Source: Neoconidiobolus thromboides FSU 785 (lineage: Eukaryota > Fungi > Entomophthoromycota). Taken from it: a stretch of DNA of 55,976 nt. Each line of letters starts with the position of its first letter. Position 1 is the stretch's first letter. Position numbers and translations under genes: made by a program. Of this stretch, positions 35,814 to 47,588 are shown in pieces. The DNA lies in NCBI GenBank assembly GCA_025603075.1, contig MU626394.1:1-55976 (forward strand), written 5' to 3'. Below the pieces are notes generated by a model. It was given only the letters and a program-made list of their open reading frames with translations, was not told the DNA's origin and did no database searches.

Positions 35814-36725
35814 ATGAAAAAGGATACCCAAAAGAAAAGGGTACGCTTCCAAGATATCACTGAAGAGATAAGAGCTCCCAGAAAAGATCCTATTGAGAGC
35901 GGAGATGAATCCATCGATGATGATGAAGATTTGGAAAAGAAAAAAGACAAACGAGGATCGGTAAAGTTAGATGGATACCAATCTGATACTGACAGCGAGA
36001 CAGAAAAGTACAATAAAAAGAATCTTGATCATCTGGACATGTTTGATGATGAGCAGGAGGACATTGGCAGTAAAAAAAGCAAAAAAGTGAAGCTCATTAA
36101 TGTAGAGGACATTGAAGGCCAAGAGGATGGAGATGAAGATTATTTCAAGGAAGAAAATGAGGGAGAGGTTAAAATTGAGGCTTTTAATTTAAAGGACGAT
36201 ATGGAAGAAGGAAAATTTGATGAGAATGGAAACTTTGTCTGGAATAAAAAGGACCCTGAAAGCATACATGATGGATGGCTACAGAGTATTGGAAAGAAAG
36301 AGATTGAAGACGCAAGATTAGCTAAGGAAAAGAAAGATTTAAAGGAAAGAGAAATCAATGCGAAAGAAAATGAGTTGGCTCAGTTCACAAAAGAGGAGAT
36401 AATGGTTATGATTGTTAATTTATTAAAACCAAAGGAAAGTATTATTACAGGACTAGCAAGACTTGGAAAATACAATAAAAAAAGAGGTGGGAGAAATAAG
36501 AATAAAAAGAATAAAAAACCTGAAGAAGAGGTCGAGCTAAATGAAGCTGAAAGGGCTGAGTACCAGAAACAATTTGAGGAACTTACAGAATATGCTAATC
36601 ATCTAATGGAAAATGGGATGTTAGATATTTATCAGGGGACTTATGAAAGCTTGGTTAGGAATTTAAGAGCAAACGAGATTATTCCAGATGATTGGGTACA
36701 TGGTGATAAGTTAGAGCTGAAGTAA
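35814..36725 (+). CDS. LIN1: CD2BP2/Lin1 (U5-52K) homolog, no GYF domain visible
   Basis: KIEAFNLKDDMEEGKFDENGNFVW...DGWL, ESIITGLARLG, FEELTEYANHLMENGMLDIYQGTYE. Confidence 0.85.
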   Translation: MKKDTQKKRVRFQDITEEIRAPRKDPIESGDESIDDDEDLEKKKDKRGSVKLDGYQSDTDSETEKYNKKNLDHLDMFDDEQEDIGSKKSKKVKLINVEDIEGQEDGDEDYFKEENEGEVKIEAFNLKDDMEEGKFDENGNFVWNKKDPESIHDGWLQSIGKKEIEDARLAKEKKDLKEREINAKENELAQFTKEEIMVMIVNLLKPKESIITGLARLGKYNKKRGGRNKNKKNKKPEEEVELNEAERAEYQKQFEELTEYANHLMENGMLDIYQGTYESLVRNLRANEIIPDDWVHGDKLELK

Positions 36726-37006
36726 TAATAAATGTGCAAATCTAGTTCTTTAAACTACCTAAGTTTTTTCATCTTATTGGCATTGTTTTAAAATTAAAGC
36801 TGAATTACTTTTAAAGAAAACAGACAAAATAAACAGGTTTTTTATAAGCTTTGATGTTTTAAATACATTTGGTGTTTTTAATTTTTAAAAATATAAGGAT
36901 GATTAAAAGATGTTTACTTTTTAAAAAGTGATCCTTATTTTTCATACAATATATCATCCCTTTAATATCATTTGCAAATTTAAGTTAAAAGGATATAATG
37001 AATAGC

Positions 37007-37094
37007 AAGAATGTTTTGTGGCTTCATTACTTTTTCCAACTTTTAAGCATTATTTGAGTGAAAAATTGTTAGTAAAACTCTCAAATACATCCCC
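37007..37094 (+). mobile_element. ~98-bp MITE-like repeat, copy 10 (degenerate, internally deleted)
   Basis: TTTTAAGCATTATTTGAGTGAAAAATTGTTAGTAAAACTCTCAAATACATCCCC. Confidence 0.65.
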
Positions 37095-37629
37095 AGTATT
37101 AAAATTTTTAGAGCTACCTAAAAGACTAATTCAAAATAAAAGTACCTTTGTAATAATTGAATTAGATTGTTTAACTATCTATGAACTTAGGCTAATAACA
37201 TTTTTTAATTAAAATTTACGAGTTTAATTAAAAATATTTTGATTCTTTCTTGTTTTTATCAAATATAGGAATTCCCATATAACAACTCCCAGATCATAAT
37301 TCCAACCATCACACCAGGTCAATCCTTCGTACTGATTCATTTAGTTACATAAAAGTAAACAAAATACATTTTATGACTAAATCAAGAAGTTACTCTAAAA
37401 CTAAAAAATTGAATTTCTTGATGTAAGAAGCAGATTGAGCAAAATAAGAAATATTTTCCAAATTTGTAACTCACTTTAAATGCAGTTCATTTAAATTTAA
37501 AGCTTTTTTTGAAATCATATTGTTGATTGCTTAATGATAAAGTAGAATATAAAAAAAGTATATATAAGGGGAAAGAGTGAAAGAACTAAAATAAAATAAA
37601 TAAGAAATTTAATCACCAACAAAATCATA

Positions 37630-38187
37630 ATGTTAAAATATAACGCTCCTATCAACAGCATTGAAGAGGCAATCAGCATATTAGAAACCATGCTACAATT
37701 TGGTCCGCAAAATCTAATACAAGCACGACTAACCTACGAGCAAAGAAAGAGGATCGGCCATGGTACGTTGATAATTTTAGACAATGAGGTATCAACAATT
37801 GAAGATTGGTTTGATGGCAAGATGTGGAGTTCGCCTTGCTATTGTGATTTCTATTTAGAGTATTTGGGGTATGATAGTACCAATAAGAACTTGACCAAAA
37901 AAATCATTTCATTAACTGTTAATGATAAGGATCTATTTCATATCATCCACTATTTAGACGCTAAGCCTAACTTTAAACAGATTTTGAGTAACAGTGATGG
38001 CTGTAGTGATAGTATAATTAAAGCAGATTATAGCAATAACCCATCAGGTGATACTATAGCAACAACAAATATGAACAATAAAATAATAAAAGAATATAAT
38101 TTAATAAAATATAATCTAGATCACCAAAAAAAACAGCCAAAATTAAGCAATTTTGATAATGATACCTTTAGTTATTTCGAAGATTAA
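37630..38187 (+). CDS. Divergent Gti1/Pac2 (WOPR) family protein
   Basis: INSIEEAISILE..ARLTYEQRKRIGHG..IEDWFDGKMWSSP..LTKKIISL..FHIIHY follows the WOPR motif order. Confidence 0.72.
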   Translation: MLKYNAPINSIEEAISILETMLQFGPQNLIQARLTYEQRKRIGHGTLIILDNEVSTIEDWFDGKMWSSPCYCDFYLEYLGYDSTNKNLTKKIISLTVNDKDLFHIIHYLDAKPNFKQILSNSDGCSDSIIKADYSNNPSGDTIATTNMNNKIIKEYNLIKYNLDHQKKQPKLSNFDNDTFSYFED

Positions 38188-38315
38188 GCATAATCATGTT
38201 CTTGTTGTTTTTCTGATTAAAATAAATCATAATATCTTGTTTGCTATTTTATTCTATACAATTCACTCTACATATATGATGATAAATACTAAAAAATTAA
38301 TGAAATTTATTTGGT

Positions 38316-39067
38316 TTAATAATCACTTGATTGGCTAAAATAATTAATATACAATTAAAAACAAATAAAATATAAATACCGATCATAATTAGCACCTAGA
38401 AAAACAAAATAAATACAACAACCCTAAAAATAATTAAAAAATTTACCTCCAGCCCTTTTCAAACTTTTAATAATATCATTAGGATCCAAGTCTTTATGTT
38501 CGGATGCGTTTAACTCAATTGAAAAACTTTTAATAACTTCTTGAACTTGGGACTTTTGGATCGATAACTTGGCTTTACGCATGATCTTTACTTGAGTACC
38601 ACAATAAACCACAAATACAAACTTTGTTCTTTCACTGTAGTCATCGTTACGTAAAGGTACCCTTACGAACCCAAAACCTGCAAAGGTAGGCTCTAAATGA
38701 GTTATAAACTCTTCAAGGCCTTGAGAGCCTGGATTCCACTAGTTAATTGCCACTTTTATTATTATTGCTGTTTACCTGTTGCTTTAACCTCCAATACATC
38801 AGCTTTGTCGTTGATGAAACCGAGTAACATCCTAATTGGTATTAGATAGAAAAACTAAAATAAAATATTCTAATACCAATTTATTTCACTTTTGTCTAAA
38901 TTTAATGATGATAAAATAAAATTACTATTTAATCATAACAAAATTATATTATAAAATCAAATACCATTTCGAACCTCCTCATAGGTTTCTTTAATTTTAG
39001 GATCCTTTAAATATAAATAAAGCTACAATTAGTTACTGACTATTAATTTTACCTCAATCAAAGTCAT
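38316..39067 (-). CDS. Coactosin-like ADF-H actin-binding protein, ~7 small exons
   Basis: Spliced: MTLIE|DPKIKETYEEVRN|DKSEINW|MLLGFINDKADVLEVKAT...RTKFVFVVYCGTQVKIMRKAKLS...LKRAGG|ANYDR|QSSDY*. Confidence 0.88.
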
Positions 39068-39887
39068 CTTATATTATCTCTGTCAAGCAAAATCAAAATT
39101 TATATTTTTAACTTATAAACAAAATGAGACGAAATATATTATATTTATTTATATATTTTTACAAACCTCCTTCATTAATTTTGGTGGCTATTTTATATAT
39201 TTTTATTCAATAAAACTTGGTATCCATAGAACTTGACCCCTTTCCATTCGCTAATAAGCGAAATAAAGTTCCTCGTTAATTGGCCGAAGCTATGAGATTG
39301 AATTCTAATTTACAAAATTTAAAGTTGCGTTTTACTCAATATAATTAAGAGTAAAAGCTGCAAAATTCCATTTGCGGTTTTTACTAGTTTCCTTCCAAAA
39401 TGATTTGGCTATATTTACTACATTAGTTTATTGGTTAGCTAATTAGCCAAGTTAAATTTGGTAAAACTTCATTTAGGTTTAGGTAAACCCAAACTTATTA
39501 CTTTTTGTGACATAGAATGACTATTATTTTCATATACTGAAATATTTCATATTAAGTTTTGATATCAACAGTATCAAACTATTATTTATAAATATAGTTA
39601 AAGCAGTTTGTAGCAAATAATTATTCTTAACCACCTTTTTCCAGGTTTTAGATAAGTAAGCTAAAGAATAATAAATCAAAACCCAACTCAAATTGCGACT
39701 ATGAAATAAAAGCTAAAAATATATTTCTGATTTAATTGGCTTCAGCTATCCAATTTTAAATAAGTTATGCTAAATACAAAAAAATAAAGAACAGTTAAAA
39801 TTTTAAGTTTTGTTAATAATTTATTAAAAAATAACAAATTGCAATATTCATTTTTGATTATAATCGATTACTTTGTATAATACAGCC

Positions 39888-40346
39888 ATGTCCAACTCCA
39901 ACCCAGATAAAGCCTTATACCTTGCTTTCAAAAAAGCCACTCAAACATTAAGCAACTTATATCGACAATCTCAACAGGGGGTGGATAACAGTTATTGTGA
40001 GGGGTATAAAGAAGCGTTGATTCATTTCATTAAAATTTATAAAGGTTTAAATCATCGGACAATAAGGACGAATTCAGGAAATCAAGCGCACGTAAACGGG
40101 AATGAGTTAATCAAAAGGATGCTTGAAGCTAGTATTCGATTCGATAGAAGCCTTGAGTTTGATGGTGAACAAGAAGTTATGAACGTCAATAATGTAGTAG
40201 ATTCACCTAATATAGAAACACCAAGGGAGTTTAAACGTCATTTGGGTTTACTCACGAAGGATATTATTGAAAATCATATTGAAAATGAGTTTAAAAAGAA
40301 AAGGGTTTATAGAAAAAAAGACGATGAAGAAGACTCGTTGTTTTAA
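39888..40346 (+). CDS. Small protein resembling the HAPSTR1/C16orf72 (DUF4588) N-domain
   Basis: LAFKKATQTLSNLYRQS...SYCEGYKEAL resembles the family pattern F..AA..V.NLYK....GY..AL. First ATG at 39888 (track start is TTG). Confidence 0.55.
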   Translation: MSNSNPDKALYLAFKKATQTLSNLYRQSQQGVDNSYCEGYKEALIHFIKIYKGLNHRTIRTNSGNQAHVNGNELIKRMLEASIRFDRSLEFDGEQEVMNVNNVVDSPNIETPREFKRHLGLLTKDIIENHIENEFKKKRVYRKKDDEEDSLF

Positions 40347-40560
40347 AAAATAATTGGGGATTTGGTTAAATAGCATCTTTTTTAATTATTGTTTCTTTAT
40401 ACTACAAAGTCTTGTCATAAAATTTTTAAGTTTATATCTTCTCTTTTTTTATGTGTTAATAAAATAGTACATTTTTAATTAGCTCCTTTTTCTATGTTTT
40501 TAATATATTGTGAAAATAGTAATATCTTTATTTAAAAAATAGAGTATATTTAAATCACAT

Positions 40561-40908
40561 TTATTTTTTCCCGGATTTTTTAATACCTCCACTAACTATA
40601 AATTTAAAAAATAAGTAAAAGCTAAAAAATAAATTGAAAACCTACGTAAAGGACCACCTTTGGAAGCTTTATCTTTTAAGGCCTTGAGTTTGGCTTGTTC
40701 TTCTTTTTGTTTTTGTTTAAAAGCAAGATCTTCCTATTCAACAGTTTGAATTTAAAATTCTTGTAAATTAAAATAAAAAAACTTACTTCATCTAACTCTT
40801 TAGTTTGCTTTTTGGCAGCTTTAAGTGGCTTTAATTTTCCTCCTAATCTATTTTTAATATCTAGTATGTTTGATATCATATTTTATCCTTACCTTGTCTT
40901 CCAGACAT
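40561..40908 (-). CDS. TMA7: Translation machinery-associated protein 7, 4 exons
   Basis: MSGRQ|GGKLKPLKAAKKQTKELDE|EDLAFKQKQKEEQAKLKALKDKASKGGPL|LSGGIKKSGKK*. Confidence 0.95.
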
Positions 40909-41050
40909 TATCAAAATTCAATTTTTTCAAGAAACAAAAAGTTAGTTTCCCATAATTTATCATTATAGGTATTTTTATTTAATAAAAGCCCAATCATTTA
41001 ATTGGTAGCCATGTTAATGATAAAATTTAAAAATAATACATCAGTTTAAA

Positions 41051-41122
41051 CTTCCTCACGGGGAATCGAACCCCGGCCGTTCCGGTGAAAGCGGAAAATC
41101 CTAACCACTGGACCATGAAGAA
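41051..41122 (-). tRNA. tRNA-Glu(TTC)
   Basis: TTCTTCA TG GTC CAGTGGTTAG GAT T TTCCG CT TTC AC CGGAA CGGC CGGGG TTCGATT CCCCG TGAGGAA G, 72 nt. Confidence 0.93.
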
Positions 41123-41454
41123 TCTTTTACTAAAGTACTACTAAAGTTAAATTATTTATACTTTTGTCCATAGATTTTTATAAAAATTGGACAACATAGT
41201 ATGGCTAATTATCACTATGATAAAGTATATATTCTCATTTGTTAACCATGTTTAATATATTTAACAAATTTTATAAATCTTACAAATCTGTTTAATACAT
41301 CTATAAACAATTATAAACGAACTATTTATTATCAAAAAACTAATACTAAAAAGAAACAAAAATAAATAAACAATAGAAGTTATTTTAATATTATAACATG
41401 GGATATATTTATCTTCTATAAAGGAATACTTTTTGGATATTAAAAAAATCGAGC

Positions 41455-42851
41455 TTATTTTTTTCTTAAGATAACATTTTCCGCTAACAATATAAGTGCA
41501 TTTCTAGCCTGAGTAGGTGGTAATTTTTGAATATGTTGAATAGCATCATTTGAATATTTTAATGCTAATTCTTTTGTTTTTATTAATCCTTGACTATTAA
41601 ATACCATTTCTCTTACCTAGTTTACGTTATTAAATATTCTTTTTAAATAAAGGAATGATTTTTTGATGACTTACTTTTTGTACATCTCCTTCTTGACTAA
41701 ATTTACGTTCAATTAGTTCTCCTAATGCTGGATATTCTTCCCAAGCAAACAATACAGGTGCTGTCGTCAAGCCTAATTCTAAATCAGCTCCTACTGGTTT
41801 ACCAAATTCATCTGCACTAACTACGAAATCCAACATATCGTCAATTAACTAAAATTATTGTAAATAAAGCAATACAAAATAAAAATAAAATAAGAATAAA
41901 ATAAAATACCTGAAACGCAATACCAATATTTTTACCATATTCGTAAGCAATCATAGATACCTCATTTGAAGTATTGCCTAAGATAGCGGAAGCTTGACAC
42001 GATTTAGCAATTAAAGAAGCTGTTTTAAGATATGATTTTTCAATATAACATCCGAATATATCTTTAGTTTTATCTTTTACTTGGATGGTGTCTTTAATCT
42101 GTAGCAGCTCTCCCTCTACTAAATTAGCAATAACAGTTGCTAATAACTCAATTACTTTTGGATTTCTTAATCTAGCTAAAGCAACGGAAGACCTAGCTAA
42201 TAAAAAGTCGCCTCCTAAAATAGCCATTTTATTACCATATTTGGCATTAACAGAGGGGTTTCCTCGCCTTAAAGCAGAGTCATCGACTACATCGTCATGA
42301 AATAAAGAAGCTGTATGGATCATTTCAGAAATTTCAGCTAATCTTCGTTGAGTTGGTAATATAAAACAACCGTCTTCAGTAGTTGAATATACTTCACTTG
42401 TTGGTGCTCTACAATAAGTATTAAAATCATCTTTTTCGCGAAGTTGTCCGGGTTTCAATAGGTTATTTAATGGTAAATTGATATCTTCGTTATTGAATTC
42501 TCCTTTTGCTAGTGGGGAACAAGCTTGTGCCATTAATAATACTAATAGTGGTCGGATATGTTTGCCTCCGCTTTTAAAGTAGTAGTTTGAGATGGTGTTG
42601 ATCACAGGATGCCCGCTACTTAATACGTCTCGTATGTTGTCAGTTAAAAATTCAATATCTTTACCTACTAGCTCTTTTGGATCTACAATCTTCTCTACTG
42701 GTATAGCACATGCTGCTTGTGCTTGTTCCATCGCTTGTGACCAACCATTATGTAATCTTCGAATACTTACTAAGCTATGATTATTTATTCTTAATCTATT
42801 TTGACATAGTCTAGATATATTGCTAACAATTGTCTGTGGTGGTAATCTCAT
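41455..42851 (-). CDS. COQ1: Trans-polyprenyl diphosphate synthase (Coq1), 3 exons
   Basis: GGKHIRP, EMIHTASLFHDDVVDD (FARM), YLKTASL, GIAFQ|LIDDMLDF (SARM), Arg/Ser-rich mitochondrial presequence. Confidence 0.93.
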
Positions 42852-43334
42852 CTTTTCTTTTTATTCCTGTTTTATTGATAATCAATCAGTTTTAATCCCT
42901 TTTTTGATGATCAAGTGTTGGTAGAATTTTGGGACAAATTTTATTGGTTGATTTTAAAAACCGGGAATTGATTTCCTTTATCGAAAATTCTCGATTGGGC
43001 AGGCTTGATTAAATACAGATAGTTCAACTCACATCTGACATTTTTACTTGATCATTTAAATATAAAATTTAAGATAAAACGTGGACAGAACATAATAATT
43101 AAGGGCTAAAAGATTGATTATTAAAGTGATTGTTTATAAAAATTATCGCTAAAAATATAGCACTTGGATTGTAATAACTAAATTATTTCTTTAGATTTAA
43201 AGAGAAACGCTAAGTATTTTCAAAGTAATTTATTAGTTTCAATAAGAATACTAAACTTGAGAAGTGAATAAAAGTTGTTAAAAGTTAATTAAACATAATT
43301 AAAGCAATCTAAAGTCTATCAACTTTGACAATAG

Positions 43335-44090
43335 GTATAAAATTTGAGTAACTAGATGATACTGTATTAGAAGAGATGCTTCAATCATTAGAACCAGAAG
43401 AATTATTTGATTTGTGTTTCTTAAATAAATATCTCTTTAGAAATGTATATAATGTAATTCAATATTATTCAATTTTCTACTAATATGGTTATAACAAATA
43501 TTGCAACTACTAAGAGCTTTTTATGAAGCATAATGATGGATTAATGAGACATGTTACTATAGATAAAAGTACAATCAAGTATTTGAATCATTATCCGAAT
43601 ATTAGCCCCTTGCATTGGAGTTATTGTAAACGTAATGGAGATAATAATAATAGTAATATATATAGTCATAATAATATTGAAACAAATACCAAATTACTAA
43701 AACTAAAAAGGCTAACTGTACTGATAGATTGATGTTACTTAAAAAGTATTTAAATCAATTTGAAGTCTTTAAATTGATAGAATGAAACACAGAGTTTACA
43801 TATATCATTAATTACTTCAACTCGAATAAATTAATATCGACTATATTAGAAGTATATGATAATACAAATACTGATGAATTAGATACGATCAAAGCGAAAG
43901 TTAATAATTTAAAGGTATTGAGATTGATAATAATATAGATTCTGATACAAATTTTATTTCAAATTCGACACTACAAGTTGAAGAAAAAACTATTTATTGT
44001 ACTGAATATATTAATAATGAGCTTCATTACATTTTTTATTCGATTTTTTGGCCTTTGAGACATCTATATTAGTACACAACGCTGATAGTT
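43335..44090 (+). pseudogene. Degraded F-box-like (probably F-box/LRR) gene
   Basis: Frame reads FE*LDDTVLEEMLQSLEPEELFDLCFLNKYLFRNV (F-box-like pattern), then several in-frame TAA stops and frameshifts. The 43523 ORF is in the same frame. End coordinate approximate. Confidence 0.45.
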
Positions 44091-44658
44091 GATAACTGAT
44101 TCCATTTCACTACTGTTTCAGCAACCTAATATACCATTTGGGTCAAGTTTTACAAGATAGAGTCTAAACTACTTCATACATTGCATCACTATTTAGACCG
44201 TATGTTTATAACCTACCTACTTCTAGAGTATTATTTTTCGCGCTTCTATCCTTCTCTTAATTTTTACTACCTATCCTTTTTCAGACATTTAATTTTGTAT
44301 TTTATACTGGCATAAATAAAAACAATCTAAAAATAAACTGATTTTTGATTTTTTTATGAAATAAGAATTAGGGATAAAAATAAGATAAAAAAGTTAAATT
44401 AAATTTTTATTATTTAACAAGATAACAAAATAAGGATCAATTATATAAAAGCGTGACCAAAATTTCACATACAATATCCAATTTCAACCAATGATATAAA
44501 AAATCTTAATATAAAAAACGCGAATTCCTAATAATATTAAAACAACTGCGTATCTGAAAAAATTGAAAAAACTATATAAATACACATCAAACTCCTATCA
44601 AGCTCTATATTTTTATAAAAATATAACCAAATCTTCTAATTTTCTATCAGTATAAACA

Positions 44659-46041
44659 ATGAATCCAAAAAACTTTAAATTAGCTCTAGTTCAAATGCTT
44701 GTTAGCACTGAACCAAAAAACAATTTGGCTAAAGCGAAAGAGTTGATTTTGAAAGCAAGTGAAAATGGAGCTAATGTTGTAGTCTTACCTGTAAGGTTTC
44801 TGATATTATGCATAATTAAAAATTTTGCGTTGATTATCTTTCATTATCAAAATACAGGAGTATTTCATTTCTTGTTGTGATACTAAAGATTATGAATCCA
44901 TTAGTGAAGATGTAACTACTGGTGACTCAACTAGCTTCTTTAAGGAGGTGGCAAAGGTAAGGAAAAGGATATTTTTTGTATGAATGATTTAGTAGATCAA
45001 TTGTTTATTTTAGCAAGCAAAGGTTTATATTATTGGTGGTAATACGATCGAAAATAACAAATTGGATCTAATGACCCTTCAACTTTAGGTAGTATTATTG
45101 AAAAAATTGAAGATAAGTTATATAATACTTGTGTTATCTTTGGTCCAAATGGTATATAAAATAATGATTTAATAAATTTTTTCTTTATCTCATGCTATTA
45201 AAGGAAATGTTATTGACAAACATCAAAAAATATATTTATATGGAGAAAAAGGAGTAAATACCAAATATTTAGAAGTAGGTAAAAAACATATTGCTAATAT
45301 CCTTGAAATTTATTTTTATCATAGGAAAGTGATGTTTTCACCCCTGGAAATAAATTAACCCATATTGATACTGGTATTTTAATATTAATTTGATTACATA
45401 TTAAACATTAGTTAATAATTTAAAAGAATATGGTAAACTTGGTATAGCTATTTGTTACGAACTTCGATTTCCAGAATATGCAAAGATAGCTTCAGAACAA
45501 GGTAGCCAATTTTAAGGATCAGCTCAATTTATTATCTTAATACCTTGATATTAGGTTGTATTGCTATGATCTACCCAGCAGTGCCTGACTACTACAGTGC
45601 CGAAAAAGACTGGGAATTATTATTAAGAGCTAGGTAATTTATTAATTAATTTGGAATTAAAGTTTTATTTATTGATCTTTAATAATAGAGCTATTGATAA
45701 TCAAGTAATTATAATAAAAGGGAATATAAGGATATAATTTTGAACAAAATAAATTAGATATACGTAGCAGGATGCGCACCAGCCTATAATCCAAATCCAA
45801 ATTATAAAAGCTGGGGTCATTCAACTATTGTGGATCCAGCGTAAGTTTATTTTTTTTTGTTTAGTAATTAATTGTAATTTAACTTAATCCTTTATCTTTT
45901 AGTGGTCAAGTAATTTCTACCTCAGATGATAAAGAAACAATTGTTTATAGTGATATTGTACCGCAAAAGTTGAATGATATTCGTAAAGCTAATCCAATTT
46001 TGAAATTGACTAAAAATACTCCACTAAAGCAATATGTTTAA
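44659..46041 (+). CDS. Nitrilase-superfamily amidase, divergent Nit2/Nit3 paralog (11 exons)
   Basis: VVLP|EYF, HQK, ICYELRFPE, RA|[15 protein letters not shown]. Intron positions match 48263-49674. Confidence 0.9.
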
Positions 46042-47588
46042 CATGATGAGTTTCTATTATAAATAAAATATAAATAAGTTATTTTTTATTTATTTATTAA
46101 TGCTGTTGTTTTTTCAAACATATTAGCCCCAGAGGGAACAATAATGACTTCGGTTTGGGGAAAAACTAAGATTAAATCAATTCAGTATGGTATGAAGTTC
46201 AAAGCCCCCAGACAGGGACCTAAGTGATTTAGACTATTTTGATCCGTTTCGAGATTTAGTCAATAGTAAGGGCTTGGTTACTTTTTCTTTTAAAAAAATA
46301 CATATTCCAAAAATATACATAATACAGGTAGAGTTATTGACTTTGAATTGATAAATTTTAATTGAATGCAGTATATTTTTTTATTTAATTTAATAAAAAA
46401 ATAATTGATATTAGTACAATATCTAAAGAAAAAGTAGATTAATAACATGTAATAAGATAATTATTTAGTAGCGTGTTAATGAATAAAAATAGAATAGAAT
46501 TAAACTAAAAGTTAGCGACTAACTAAAAATATTATAATATAAAAATGTAAACAAAATAATCAATGCTGATTTTTCTATAAAACAATGAGTAGAATGAGTA
46601 AAATAATAATAAATTTATGATTTGTTTATGAAAGGTTAGAATAGAAAATCATACTGATCATAAGGATAACTTTATTAATATATAGTACCTAGTTACAAAA
46701 TATTAATAAGCAAGATTAAACGGTCTTATTGAGATAGTCAATCAAGAGTTAGGATTATATGGTATAATATTACTTTAAAATCAATTTTGTTAATGGTTTT
46801 AAAATAATAAAACTTGCTATACTTATTTAAAAGAAAAGCTAAATAATAAATTATGAAGACTGATTAACATATTCAATCTACTTGATGTAAGTTCTTCTTT
46901 TTTAAGTATTTAAGTTTATAGTATAAAACTACTGAAAGATGAGAATAAAATAAGTTAAATGGTTCAAATGATTTATACACTGTTATATTTGGTGTTGTAA
47001 TTAAGTAACATGAGATAAAGATGTATGATTCATATAATGAATATCCCCTAATTTACTAGCAACGACCATACTTGATAGTTCTTTATCATCCTTTGATTGT
47101 GATTGCATTTATGATTAAAATAAAGGCAATTATTCCCATGAGAATGGTGGTTCTGCAAATCATCTAGGTAACTATAAATAATATAATTTTATAAATTAAT
47201 AAAAATCAACCTAAAAATGGTAGTAAATTAATTTTGTAACATTCTTGTATTTAGCATTGTCATTATGAACATCAAGTCATTTCTCCCTGTTTAGTAGCAT
47301 TGGAAACCTAAAATTTATTAGTATTAACGACTATTTATTAAATACATGAAGCTCAATTAGTAAGCTAAATTTAGCTAATGAGATAAATTCCATTAATTTA
47401 GATAATGATAAAATAGAACTAATAGTCAAAGTAAGATAACCAAATGACAATATTAAAAGTATCTCATTTAGTTAAAAGTTGTATCCTTTTATAACCATTT
47501 AAAATGACTGCTGTATTCACTATTATAAAAACAGGTACACTAAGTTATTAACTTAGCTATCATTTATCAAAATAATAATAAAATAAAA

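Noticed and set aside
10689-36725. Three snRNP-related genes (Gemin2, SNRNP40, Lin1) as a functional cluster
   Set aside because: They are spread over 26 kb and interleaved with unrelated genes. Chance is sufficient without synteny evidence.
47080-47330. His/Cys-rich fragment on the minus strand (NHHSHGNNC...CNHN)
   Set aside because: Short, stop-bounded and without a supporting gene structure.
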